Source of the DNA: Micrococcus luteus NCTC 2665
GTDB lineage: Bacteria; Actinomycetota; Actinomycetes; Actinomycetales; Micrococcaceae
Length of the DNA stretch: 32,000 bases
Direction of reading: 5' to 3'
Assembly (NCBI RefSeq): GCF_000023205.1
Contig: NC_012803.1
Span: 2,310,001 to 2,342,000, forward strand
Shown in pieces: positions 8,392 to 16,622 of the stretch. The notes under the pieces are model-generated. The model was not told where the DNA came from. It saw only the letters and a list, made by a program, of their open reading frames with translations, and searched no databases. The translations under genes were made by a program, and so were the position numbers. How positions within the stretch are numbered: the first letter of the stretch is position 1; each line of letters starts with the position of its first letter.

Positions 8392-10145
8392 GCCACGTCC
8401 TCCGCGGTCAGCTGGGAGTCCACGATCTCCCGGTAGGTCTGGTTGTCCGCCAGCAGCTCGGCGTGGGTGCCGCGGCCGACCACGCGGCCCTCGTCCAGCA
8501 CGATGATCTGGTCGGCGTCGGTGATGGTGGCCACCCGCTGGGCGACGACGATCCGGGTCACCCCGGCCGCCGCACGGTCGAGCGCCGCCCGCAGCCGCGC
8601 GTCGGTGGTGACGTCCAGGGCGGAGAACGAGTCGTCGAACACGAGGACCCGCGGCTCGGCCACGAGGGCACGCGCGATGGACAGGCGCTGGCGCTGGCCG
8701 CCGGAGACGTCCGTGCCGCCCTGGGACAGCCGCGAGTCCAGACCGGAAGCCGCCGCCTCTCCCTTGCCGGTGGTGCGGGCGCGCACGAAGTCGGCGGCCT
8801 GGGCCGTCTCGAGGGCCGCCCAGATGCGCTCGTCCGAGGCATCCGGGGCCCCGAACTGCATGTTCTCCCGCACGGTGCCCGAGAACAGGTACGGCTTCTG
8901 CGGCACGAGGGCCACGGCCTCGGTCAGCTCGGCCCGGGCCAGGTCGGTCACCGGCACGCCGTCCACGAGCACCTCGCCGGACGTCGCGTCGTACAGCCGC
9001 GGCAGCAGGCTGATCAGCGTGGACTTGCCGGAGCCGGTCGAGCCAATGATCGCCGTCGTGGTGCCGGGTGCGACGGCGAAGCTGACGTCGTCGAGCACCG
9101 GCGCCTCGGCGCCGGGGTACTGGAAGGTGACGTGGCGCAGCTCCACGGCGCCGTCGCGACGCGCGGGGGTCACCGGGCGGACCGGCTCACCGAGCGTGGG
9201 GACGGTGTCCAGGACCTCGCCGATGCGGCGGGCGGAGATCACGGCGCGCGGGAGCATCATCATCATGAAGGTGCCCATCATGACCGCCATGAGGATCTGC
9301 AGCAGGTACTGCATGAACGCGGTGAGCGCGCCGACCTGCACGAGCCCCGCGTCCACGCGCTCGCCGCCGAACCACAGGACGGCGGCGGTGGCGAGGTGGA
9401 GGATCATCGTGATGACCGGGCCGAGCAGCACGAACAGCCGGCCGATCCGCACGGACGTCTCCGTCAGGGCGGCGTTGGCGTCCGTGAACCGGCGCGTCTC
9501 GTGGCGTTCGCGCACGAACGCGCGGACCACGCGGATGCCCTGGATCTGCTCGCGCATCACGCCGTTGACGTCGTCGATGTTGTCCTGCATCCGCTGGAAC
9601 AGCGGCATGAGACGCGCGACGATCCACGCCACGATCACCAGCAGCACCGGCACGGAGACCCACACCAGCCAGGACAGGCCAGGGTCCTCGCGGATGGCCA
9701 TGATGATGCCGCCGACCGCCATGATCGGCACGGCCACCATGAAGTTCAGGGCCATGAGGGTGAGCATCTGGACCTGGTTGACGTCGTTGGTGCCGCGCGT
9801 GATGAGGGTCGCGGCGCCGAAGCGGCCGAGCTCCTCCGCGGAGAACGCGTCCACGCGGGTGTAGACGGCACGGCGCAGGTCCCGGCCGACGCCCATCGAG
9901 ACTTTCGCGCCGAACCACACGGCGGCGATCGCGGCGACCACCTGCACCAGCGCGACGCCGAGCATCACGAGGCCGATGTCCCAGATGCGGGCGGTGTCGC
10001 CGCGGGCCACGCCCTCATCGATGATGCGGGCGTTGAGTCTGGGCAGGTACAGCATGGCCAGCGTGCTGATCAGCTGCAGCACGACGACGGCCGCGACGGC
10101 GCCGCGATAGCGCCGGCCGTAACGGCGGAGCAGGGTCCAGAGCAT
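8388..10145 (-). CDS. ABC exporter, fused permease/ATPase (partner half-transporter, MdlA-like)
   Basis: ORF 8388..10298. The likely start is MLWTLLRRYGRRY at 10145, with GGGAG about 5 nt upstream. Walker A GSTGSGKSTLISLL, signature VSGGQRQRLSIARAL, Walker B VLVFDDSFSALD. Confidence 0.9.
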   Translation of the reverse strand: MLWTLLRRYGRRYRGAVAAVVVLQLISTLAMLYLPRLNARIIDEGVARGDTARIWDIGLVMLGVALVQVVAAIAAVWFGAKVSMGVGRDLRRAVYTRVDAFSAEELGRFGAATLITRGTNDVNQVQMLTLMALNFMVAVPIMAVGGIIMAIREDPGLSWLVWVSVPVLLVIVAWIVARLMPLFQRMQDNIDDVNGVMREQIQGIRVVRAFVRERHETRRFTDANAALTETSVRIGRLFVLLGPVITMILHLATAAVLWFGGERVDAGLVQVGALTAFMQYLLQILMAVMMGTFMMMMLPRAVISARRIGEVLDTVPTLGEPVRPVTPARRDGAVELRHVTFQYPGAEAPVLDDVSFAVAPGTTTAIIGSTGSGKSTLISLLPRLYDATSGEVLVDGVPVTDLARAELTEAVALVPQKPYLFSGTVRENMQFGAPDASDERIWAALETAQAADFVRARTTGKGEAAASGLDSRLSQGGTDVSGGQRQRLSIARALVAEPRVLVFDDSFSALDVTTDARLRAALDRAAAGVTRIVVAQRVATITDADQIIVLDEGRVVGRGTHAELLADNQTYREIVDSQLTAEDVA

Positions 10146-10440
10146 GGGGCTCCCAGGGAGTCGGGATGGGTGCGCGACCGCGTGGGCCGCAGTGCGATGG
10201 GCCGAAGGGGGGCCGGGTTCATTGTGCCCCAGCCGCGGGCGGGGAGGCCCGGGGAGCATCGGTCGTCGATGTGACGGCGCCCGGCCGTTGTGGGGCACCG
10301 CCCCCTCAGCGGGTGGGCGGGATCGTGCTCATCTCGGGCCCCTCGACGGTGAACCCGGCGCCGCGCGTCGTCGTCGGACGCCCCGGGCGCACCCCGGACA
10401 ACCGGCTGCCGAACCACCTGCTGGCGGACCCGCACGAGGA

Positions 10441-10549
10441 CTGAGCGACGCCAGACGGGGGCGTGAGCCAGATGTTTCCGCTGCTGAGGGTCCCTCAGAA
10501 CAGCATGAACATCCGGCTCACGCCCCCGGAACGTCTGGCTCAGCGCCCG
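10441..10549. repeat. Family-B composite palindromic element, copy B1
   Basis: CTGAGCGACGCCAGACG GGGGGCGTGAGCCAGATGTTTCCGCTGCTGAGGG TCCCTCAGAACAGCATGAACATCCGGCTCACGCCCCC GGAACGTCTGGCTCAGCGCCCG. It forms nested inverted repeats. The left ~45 nt and the right ~22 nt are near-identical to parts of the 14193-14346 copies. Confidence 0.8.
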
Positions 10550-10734
10550 AAGAGCCTCGCGAAGAACCCTGCGGCCCCGGCACGGCCCGCGCGGGCTGCC
10601 TCGCGCTCGGCGTCGGAGTGACGGCCATCGCACCACTGCCCTGCCGGGACGGCGGCCTTGACGGACTCGACGTGCCAGCCGCATCCGGCCCAGGTGGCCC
10701 TGCGGCAGACGCGGCAGCGCGCAGGACGGCACAT
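10540..10734 (-). CDS. Cys-rich small protein (64 aa), last ORF of the sulfide-detox operon; function unknown
   Basis: MCRPARCRVCRRATWAGCGWHVESVKAAVPAGQWCDGRHSDAEREAARAGRAGAAGFFARLFGR has 5 Cys in the first 35 residues. Most third positions are G/C. The 20 nt before its ATG (CCACCGAAAGAACCCCTCATG) closely resemble those before the regulator's GTG (CCACCGAAAGGACCCGCCGTG). Its stop codon lies inside repeat B1. Confidence 0.4.
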   Translation of the reverse strand: MCRPARCRVCRRATWAGCGWHVESVKAAVPAGQWCDGRHSDAEREAARAGRAGAAGFFARLFGR

Positions 10735-10771
10735 GAGGGGTTCTTTCGGTGGGGGGCTTCGGGGTGGCCGG

Positions 10772-11047
10772 TCAGGCCAGGGTCAGGAAGAGCTTCTCGA
10801 GGTCGGCGACGGTGAGCTTCTCCTCGTCCTCCGCCTTCTCGGGGTCGGCGAGGCAGTACTGCATGGCCGCAGAGACGATCGCGAAGCCGGCCCGGTCGAG
10901 AGCCGTGGAGACGGCCGAGAGCTGGGTGACGACGTCGCGGCACGAGCCCTCCCCCTCGACCTCGCGGATCACGGCGTCGAGCTGCCCGCGGGCGCGCTTG
11001 AGGCGGTTGAGGATCTTGCGCTGGGTGTCGGCATCGGCGGTGCGCAC
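10772..11047 (-). CDS. CsoR/RcnR-family (DUF156) repressor, CstR-like persulfide-sensor candidate
   Basis: KILNRLKRARGQLDAVIREVE..GSCRDVVTQLSAVSTALDRAGFAIVSAAMQYCL. The two Cys are 29 residues apart, as in CsoR C36/C65. The residue at the CsoR His61-equivalent position (+25) is Ala, which fits a non-copper (CstR-type) sensor. The ORF track extends to 11131. I prefer the GTG at 11047 (AAGGA 7 nt upstream) because the operator-like palindrome at 11093-11108 then falls upstream of the gene. Confidence 0.85.
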   Translation of the reverse strand: MRTADADTQRKILNRLKRARGQLDAVIREVEGEGSCRDVVTQLSAVSTALDRAGFAIVSAAMQYCLADPEKAEDEEKLTVADLEKLFLTLA

Positions 11048-11092
11048 GGCGGGTCCTTTCGGTGGCAGGGGCGGAGCGGACGGGGCGCCAGA

Positions 11093-11108
11093 ATACCCCC
11101 GGGGGTGT
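11093..11108. promoter_or_regulatory. CsoR/CstR-type operator-like palindrome upstream of the regulator gene
   Basis: ATACCCCCGGGGGTGT is a G/C-tract inverted repeat with AT-rich ends. It is the same pattern as the two sites at 14091-14142. Confidence 0.5.
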
Positions 11109-11146
11109 GGGCGACGGCGGCGGGCGGTCACGCGGGGTCACGGAGT

Positions 11147-11204
11147 GCGCCGTTTCTCGAACGAAAACGCTCCGGGAGGCGCCGTTTCGTCAACGAAAGC
11201 GGCG
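11147..11204. repeat. Family-A repeat doublet, copy A2 (intergenic, between TauE and the regulator)
   Basis: GCGCCGTTTCTCGAACGAAAACGCTCCGGGAG then GCGCCGTTTCGTCAACGAAAGCGGCG. Units start at 11147 and 11179, a 32-nt period, which is not a multiple of 3. Confidence 0.85.
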
Positions 11205-11218
11205 GGGTGGGGCGGGGG

Positions 11219-11989
11219 TCAGGCGAGCAGGGACGCCCCCTCGACGGTCAGGACTGCCACGCCCATGACGAGGACGAACCAGCCGAAGGCCTGGCGCAGT
11301 GTCGCCGCGGGCACGCGCTGCATGAGCGCCACGCCCGCCAGCGCGCCCGCCACGGACACCCCGGTCAGTGCGAGCAGGAACGGCCAGTCCGGCTCGACCG
11401 CGGGCAGCTTGCCCACGAACCCGGCCAGCGTCTGCACGGTGATCACCAGCAGCGAGGTGCCCATGGCCGCCGCCATCGGCAGCCCGGCCAGCAGCACGAG
11501 CGCGGGGACGATCAGGAACCCTCCCCCGGCGCCCACCAGGCCGGTCACCAGCCCGACGCCGAGACCCACCACCAGCAGCCGACCCACGCGGAGGCGTGGG
11601 GCGTCGTCGCCGGTGGGGCCGCCGTCGTCGTCCCCCGTGCGGCCGCGGATCATGCCGCGGGCGGTGAGCAGCATCATCACGGCGAAGCCCCCCATGAGCA
11701 CCGGCCCGGGCAACGCCGAGCCGAGCAGGCCGCCCAGCACCGCCCCCACCACGCCGCCGGCCGCGAACAGCCCGCCGGTGCGCCAGCGGACGTTGCCGGC
11801 GCGAGCGTGCAGGGCCACCGCGACGAGCGAAGTGACCCCGACGGCGAACAGGGAGCCCGCGATCGCCTCCTGCGGATCGAGCCAGGCCACATAGGTCAGC
11901 AGCGGCACCATGAGGATGGACCCGCCGCCGCCCAGCAGGCCGAGCAGCAGCCCGACCGCGGCGGCCAGGAGGAGCGCGAGCCAGCCCAT
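11219..11989 (-). CDS. TauE/SafE-family sulfite/organosulfur anion exporter
   Basis: ORF 11219..12103. The likely start is MGWLALLLAAAVGLLLGLLGGGGSILMVPLL at 11989, 2 nt after the upstream stop. Multi-TM protein with the two Gly-rich TauE signatures (GGGGSILMVP and GAGGGFLIVPAL). Confidence 0.88.
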   Translation of the reverse strand: MGWLALLLAAAVGLLLGLLGGGGSILMVPLLTYVAWLDPQEAIAGSLFAVGVTSLVAVALHARAGNVRWRTGGLFAAGGVVGAVLGGLLGSALPGPVLMGGFAVMMLLTARGMIRGRTGDDDGGPTGDDAPRLRVGRLLVVGLGVGLVTGLVGAGGGFLIVPALVLLAGLPMAAAMGTSLLVITVQTLAGFVGKLPAVEPDWPFLLALTGVSVAGALAGVALMQRVPAATLRQAFGWFVLVMGVAVLTVEGASLLA

Positions 11990-11991
11990 GC

Positions 11992-12585
11992 CTATGCCCG
12001 CCGTGCGTCGCGGGACGGGATGCCGCGCAGCACCTCGGCCGCCGGCCGCTCCCGGCCCCTGCGGTTCCACGGCATGCGATCCAGGACCGACCCCATGGCG
12101 CACGTGTTCGACAGGGCGGAGAACACCAGTCCACCGCCCACCCCCGCCGACAGCAGCGCGAGGCGGCGCGAGCCGACCTGGGCCGCGAGCGCACCGACGA
12201 GCACGAGCGAGCCCGCTGTCATGCGGACCTGGCGCTCCATGGCCCAGCCACCAGCCCGGCGCACCACATCCCCGCCGGCCTTCGCGTAGGAGCTGACCCC
12301 GCCGGCGAGCACGTCGGCCTGCGTGAAGCCGGCCGCGGCCAGGCGCTCCCGGGCGTCGGTGGCGCGCATGCCGGAGGCGCAGACCAGCACGACGTCGCCG
12401 GGCAGGCGGGCGGCGACGTCGCCGGTGTGCTCCTTGAGCGTGTCCAGGGGGACGTTGTACGAGCCGGCGATGTGCTCCACGGCGAACTCGGCGGGGGTGC
12501 GCACGTCGATCACGACGGCGGCGCCGGACTCGGTGCGTTCGCGCAGCACTTCGGGGCTGAGCGGGGCCAGGGTCGCCTGGGTCAT
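11992..12585 (-). CDS. Rhodanese-domain sulfurtransferase fused to a DUF2892 (YgaP-like) membrane domain
   Basis: ORF 11992..12642. The likely start is MTQATLAPLSPEVL at 12585, with GAGGAG upstream. Rhodanese fold with active-site loop VLVCASGMRA. C-terminal W..ERQVR..G....NTCAMG two-TM DUF2892-type tail. Confidence 0.85.
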   Translation of the reverse strand: MTQATLAPLSPEVLRERTESGAAVVIDVRTPAEFAVEHIAGSYNVPLDTLKEHTGDVAARLPGDVVLVCASGMRATDARERLAAAGFTQADVLAGGVSSYAKAGGDVVRRAGGWAMERQVRMTAGSLVLVGALAAQVGSRRLALLSAGVGGGLVFSALSNTCAMGSVLDRMPWNRRGRERPAAEVLRGIPSRDARRA

Positions 12586-12634
12586 GGGGGTCTCCTCGGG
12601 TGAGTGGGGGGTCGGGCGGTCGGGCGGGGCGGAC

Positions 12635-14047
12635 TCAGGCACGGTCGAGGCCGAGCCAGCCGAGATAGGAGCCGTCGAGCTCGACCACGTCGAACCCGGC
12701 GCGGCGCAGCGCCTGGGCGGCCACGATGTTGCGCAGGCCGGACTGGCAGAAGGTCACCAAGGTCTTGTCCTTCGGCAGCTCCTCCTGGTGGAAGAGCACC
12801 TTGCCGGCGTTCAGCTGCCGGGCGTCCGCCACGGTTCCGTGGGAGAACTCGGTCTTGTTGCGCACGTCCACCAGCACGGTGTCCTGCTCCGCGCCGACCT
12901 CGCCGGCCTCGATGCGGGACTGCAGCTCGTCGGCCTGCACGGTCGGCACCGGCTCCAGCGTGAGGCCGTCCACGGAGGTGGTGAACGCGGCGGCGGCGTC
13001 GACGCCCACGCGGATCATGTGGTCGCGCATCGTGTGCGCGTCCTCGCGGTCCTCGGCGAGCAGGACGAGGGCAGCGTCGTCGCTCTCCGGGTCGTAGGCC
13101 CAGCCGGCGTGGGTGGCGACCTTGCCCCGGGACGGGAAGGCCAGCGCGCCCGGCACGGTGCCGGCGAGGATCTCGTCCACGGCGCGGGTGTCCACGAACA
13201 CGGCGCCGTCGGCGAGCTTCGCCTGCACGCCCCCGGCGTCCAGCTCCTCGAGCTCGGGCAGCTCGCCCAGGATGGCTGGCCCCTGCTTGTTCTGGCGCTT
13301 CATGCGGGCGAAGTAGGCGTGGGCGTCGGGCTGGCCGTCGAGCAGTTCGTCGATGAAGCCCTGCTCGTCGTCGTTCTTCAGGTAGTCGGACCACCAGGCG
13401 TACTCGCGCTCGTAGCCGACCGTGGTGGAGGGCAACGCGCCGAGTGCCTTGCCGCAGGCGGAGCCGGCGCCGTGGGCCGGGAACACCTGCACGTGGTCCG
13501 GGAGGGTCAGGAACTTGGCCTTGAGGGACGCGAAGAGCTGCTTCGCGCCCTCGAAGCGGGTGTCGACGCCGCCGGCGGCCTCGTCCAGCAGGTCCGGGCG
13601 GCCAAGGTCGCCGGAGAACACGAAGTCGCCGGTGAGCATGTAGCCCGGGGCGTCGGCGAAGGCGCCGTCGGTGACCAGGAAGGACAGGTGCTCGGGGGTG
13701 TGACCCGGGGTGTGCACGGCCTCGACGGTGATGTTGCCGAGCTCCATGATGTCCCCGTCCGTGAGCAGGTCACCCTCGAAGCCGTAGGCCCAGTCCTCGC
13801 CGCCCTCGCCGGACAGGTGGATCCGGGCGCCGGTGGCGTGGGCCAGCTCGCGGGTGCCGGAGAGGTAGTCCGCGTGGATGTGGGTCTCGGTGACGTGCGT
13901 GATGGTCATGCCGCGCTGGGCGGCGAGGTCCAGGTACACCTGGATGTCGCGGCGAGGGTCCACCACCATCGCCTCGTTGTTCGCCTGGCAGCCGATGAGA
14001 TAGCTGGCCTGGGCGAGGTCCTCGTCGTAGATGCGCTCGAGCAGCAT
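12635..14047 (-). CDS. MBL-fold persulfide dioxygenase (ETHE1-like) fused to rhodanese domains (CstB-like)
   Basis: ORF 12635..14188. The likely start is MLLERIYDEDLAQASYLIG at 14047, with GGAGGAG upstream. Metallo-beta-lactamase motif THIHADYLSG, later HTPGHTPEH. C-terminal rhodanese with active-site TFCQSGLRN. Confidence 0.9.
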   Translation of the reverse strand: MLLERIYDEDLAQASYLIGCQANNEAMVVDPRRDIQVYLDLAAQRGMTITHVTETHIHADYLSGTRELAHATGARIHLSGEGGEDWAYGFEGDLLTDGDIMELGNITVEAVHTPGHTPEHLSFLVTDGAFADAPGYMLTGDFVFSGDLGRPDLLDEAAGGVDTRFEGAKQLFASLKAKFLTLPDHVQVFPAHGAGSACGKALGALPSTTVGYEREYAWWSDYLKNDDEQGFIDELLDGQPDAHAYFARMKRQNKQGPAILGELPELEELDAGGVQAKLADGAVFVDTRAVDEILAGTVPGALAFPSRGKVATHAGWAYDPESDDAALVLLAEDREDAHTMRDHMIRVGVDAAAAFTTSVDGLTLEPVPTVQADELQSRIEAGEVGAEQDTVLVDVRNKTEFSHGTVADARQLNAGKVLFHQEELPKDKTLVTFCQSGLRNIVAAQALRRAGFDVVELDGSYLGWLGLDRA

Positions 14048-14090
14048 GGTTCTCCTCCGGGTCGGGGGCAGGGGTCTCGACGTCCATTCG

Positions 14091-14142
14091 ATACCCCATG
14101 GGGTATATCGAGAACGAGCGTAAACTATACCCCCAGGGGTAT
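14091..14142. promoter_or_regulatory. Two CsoR/CstR-type operators in the promoter region of the sulfide-detox operon
   Basis: ATACCCCATGGGGTAT (14091-14106) is a perfect 16-nt palindrome. ATACCCCCAGGGGTAT (14127-14142) has one asymmetric centre base. They are 36 nt apart centre to centre and lie 44-95 nt upstream of the ATG at 14047. The segment is locally AT-rich (cgagaacgagcgtaaactat). Confidence 0.6.
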
Positions 14143-14192
14143 GCAAGAGAGAGGGTGGGGCCCGGGCGGCGACGGGAAGGGATGGCACGATC

Positions 14193-14346
14193 GGGAGACG
14201 TCGCCAGGGGGCGTGAGCCAGATGATTCCGCTGCGGATCGGGCGTCAGAACTGCAGAAACGTCTGGCTCACGCGGCGGGGGGCGTGAGCCAGACGTTTCT
14301 GCTGCGGATCGGGCGTCAGAACCGCAGAAACGTCTGGCTCAGCGCC
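14193..14346. repeat. Family-B palindromic elements, tandem copies B2 and B3 (71-nt period)
   Basis: The unit is GGGGCGTGAGCCAGAYGWTTCYGCTGCGGATCGGGCGTCAGAACYGCAGAAACGTCTGGCTCASCGC, with CGTGAGCC at 14212 and 14283. In copy B3, GAGCCAGACGTTTCTGC pairs with GCAGAAACGTCTGGCTC, a perfect 17-bp stem. The repeats lie between the stop of the PLD gene (14355) and the operators, so they probably act as a terminator/insulator. Confidence 0.85.
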
Positions 14347-14354
14347 CGGGCCCC

Positions 14355-15623
14355 TCAGAGCAGGGGACGCAGCGGGACCAGGAGGACCTCGACCACGCGG
14401 GCGAGGCGGTGACGGTCCTTCCAGCGCGGGGTGTCGATCCGGACGGCCCGCTGGGCGTCGAGGGCGAAGATCTCCTCCATCCGGGCGGCGAAGTCGCGGT
14501 CCACGACCACCACGTTGGACTCGTAGTTGAAGCCCAGGGAGAGGCGGTCGACGTTGGCCGAGCCCACGGTGGACCAGATGCCGTCCACGGTGGCGGTCTT
14601 CGCGTGGATCATGCTGGCCCTGTACAGCAGGATCGTGATGCCGGCCTCGAGCATCTTCCCGAAGAAGCCGCGCGAGGCCCAGTCCGCCACGATGTGGTTG
14701 GAGTCCTCCGGCACCATCACCTGCACGTCCACCCCCCGCCGGGCCGCGTGCAGCAGCGCCTCGAGGACCTGCTGGTCCGGGATGAAGTACGGCGTGTTGA
14801 TGAGGATGCGGTGCTGCGCCCGCTGGATGGCGTCGAGGTAGCTCAGCCGGATCGGGTAGACCAGCAGCGGCGGCTGGTTCGCGGCCACGGTGATGCGCGG
14901 GTCCCACGTGTCCGGGGGGCGCCAGGACATCTGCTCGCCCGCACGGTGGTGCGCGTTCCACTTGATGGAGATCGACCGGTCCAGCCCCCACGCCGCCGGG
15001 CCGCGCTCGCGCACGTGAGTGTCCCGCCACAAGCGGGCGTAGTCGTCGCCGATGTTGAAGCCGCCTGCGAAGCTGACCTCGTCGTCCACCACCATGATCT
15101 TCGAGTGGTTGAACCCGCTGTGTCGGACCACGCCTCGCCAGATCGGGCGGGCGAAGGCCGGCAGCCGGAACACGTGGATGCGCGGGTCCAGCTGACGGTA
15201 GAAGCGGGGCGGGACCACGAGGTTCCCGAACCCGTCATAGGAGACGTAGACCTCCACGCCGCGCGCGGCCGCCCGGTTGAAGGCGTCCATGAACCGCTGG
15301 CCCGTGGGGTCGCTCTTCCAGATGTAGGTCTCGAACTTGATGATCCGCTGCGCTCCGTCGATCGCGGCGATCATCTCCTTGTAGAGGTCCTCACCCGAGG
15401 TGAAGATGCGCAGCTCGGAGCCCTCCACGTGGGCGTCGAACACGCCGGGGTTCGGCGCGGGTCGGCGCACTCGGCCGCGGCGCTTGACCATATCCACGCC
15501 GGTGAGCCCGGCGGCGACCGTCAGCGGCAGTCCCACGAGACCGACGCCCGCGGCCACGGCCGCTCCCCGGAGGAGACGACGGACCGGCAGGCGGGGCAGG
15601 GACGGCAGGGACGGTCGACGCAT
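14355..15623 (-). CDS. Cardiolipin synthase / phospholipase D-family protein
   Basis: Two HKD motifs: HSKIMVVDDEVSFAGGFNIGDDY and IHAKTATVDGIWSTVGSANVDRLS. There is an N-terminal TM anchor (AAVAAGVGLVGLPLTVAAGL). Confidence 0.9.
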   Translation of the reverse strand: MRRPSLPSLPRLPVRRLLRGAAVAAGVGLVGLPLTVAAGLTGVDMVKRRGRVRRPAPNPGVFDAHVEGSELRIFTSGEDLYKEMIAAIDGAQRIIKFETYIWKSDPTGQRFMDAFNRAAARGVEVYVSYDGFGNLVVPPRFYRQLDPRIHVFRLPAFARPIWRGVVRHSGFNHSKIMVVDDEVSFAGGFNIGDDYARLWRDTHVRERGPAAWGLDRSISIKWNAHHRAGEQMSWRPPDTWDPRITVAANQPPLLVYPIRLSYLDAIQRAQHRILINTPYFIPDQQVLEALLHAARRGVDVQVMVPEDSNHIVADWASRGFFGKMLEAGITILLYRASMIHAKTATVDGIWSTVGSANVDRLSLGFNYESNVVVVDRDFAARMEEIFALDAQRAVRIDTPRWKDRHRLARVVEVLLVPLRPLL

Positions 15624-15647
15624 TCGCTCAGTCTACTCAGGGCCCCG

Positions 15648-16622
15648 TCAGCGCGGATAGGTCGAGCGGCGCGTCTCGGTCCAGGCCGCGCTCACCTCGG
15701 AGCGCATGCGCACGAGTTCGATCGCCGTCTCCTGCAGCCTCCGGGCGCTCTCGCTCTCGGGGACGTACTGCCGCACCCGCTGGGCCTGGTCCTCCGCGGA
15801 GACGTCCACCATGACGGCGATCGAGTGCGCCACCAGGCGGGACTCCGCCCCGGTGCGTCGGCTCGCGTAGACGCGCAGCGCCACATGCATGGACCGCTCC
15901 GTGGTGTTCACCAGGAGGGCCTCCACGCGCACGAGGTCGCCTACGTGGATGTTCCGCACGAAGCGCACACCGCCGCCGAACACCGCGACCACGGATTCAT
16001 GTCCGGTCCAGCGGGCGGCGAAGACGGCGGCCGCCTCGTCCACCCAGCGCAGGATCGCGCCCGCGTTGATGGTGCCGCCCACGGTGGCCTCCGCGTTGGG
16101 GGCCAGGAACGCGAGGGTGCTCATCTCCTCGGGGGCCTCCCCGGGCGCGGGGAACGGCAGTCGGGCCATGCCGCGCTCGACGGCGCGGCGGGCCACGGTG
16201 GAGCGGCGGGCCTGTTCGTCGCGCTCGATCTGGCCGGGGGTCGAGGGCTCCCAGACCGGCACGGTCACGGGCACCCCGCCCTCCTCCGCGGCGTAGACCA
16301 CGAGGGACGAGGTGGCGACCACGGGGTCGCCGTCGTCGTCGCGGATCTCCGGCAGCAGCAGGCGGGTCTGGACGTGCACCTCGGCGCCGTCCGTGTGGAC
16401 CACGCGCGCCTGCACCACAGCACGGCGGTCCACCGGCACGGGGTGCCGGAACTGGGTGTGCCCCACGTAGCGGGCACGCACGAACGTCCCGGCCCAGCTC
16501 GCCGCGACGGCGTAGCCGGCCTTCTCGATCCAGGAGATGACGGTGCCGGCGTCCACCAGGCCGGTGGGATGATCGAAGCTGTCCGCCCGGAATTCGAGGG
16601 CGAGGGCTCCGGGGGGTCTCAT
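15648..16622 (-). CDS. Acyl-CoA thioesterase with two tandem hotdog domains
   Basis: The two halves show the same pattern: LVDAGTVISWIEKAGYAVAASWAG...VRARYVGHTQFRHPVPV and TINAGAILRWVDEAAAVFAARWTG...VFGGGVRFVRNIHVGDLV. This is typical of YciA/Acot-type hotdog thioesterases. Confidence 0.75.
   Translation of the reverse strand: MRPPGALALEFRADSFDHPTGLVDAGTVISWIEKAGYAVAASWAGTFVRARYVGHTQFRHPVPVDRRAVVQARVVHTDGAEVHVQTRLLLPEIRDDDGDPVVATSSLVVYAAEEGGVPVTVPVWEPSTPGQIERDEQARRSTVARRAVERGMARLPFPAPGEAPEEMSTLAFLAPNAEATVGGTINAGAILRWVDEAAAVFAARWTGHESVVAVFGGGVRFVRNIHVGDLVRVEALLVNTTERSMHVALRVYASRRTGAESRLVAHSIAVMVDVSAEDQAQRVRQYVPESESARRLQETAIELVRMRSEVSAAWTETRRSTYPR

Noticed and set aside
11047-11131. Longer N-terminus (MTARRRRPHPRGYSGAPSAPPLPPKGPA...) for the CsoR-family regulator
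   Set aside because: The extension is Pro/Arg-rich and would place the operator-like palindrome (11093-11108) inside the CDS. The GTG at 11047 has an AAGGA RBS and gives a typical ~91-aa family member. The longer form cannot be fully excluded.
14193-14346. Tandem 71-nt repeats (and the 32/33-nt doublets of family A) as a possible CRISPR array
   Set aside because: There are only two units per locus and no unique spacers of regular length between them. The units are themselves long palindromes, there are no cas genes in the window, and copies occur inside coding sequences. They are REP/terminator-like repeats, not CRISPR.
10441-14346. Family-B palindromes flanking the cst module as integron attC sites / a gene cassette
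   Set aside because: I see no integron integrase or attI. I see no RYYYAAC/GTTRRRY core sites in the repeats. The bracketed unit is a five-gene operon with its own promoter and operators rather than a promoterless cassette.
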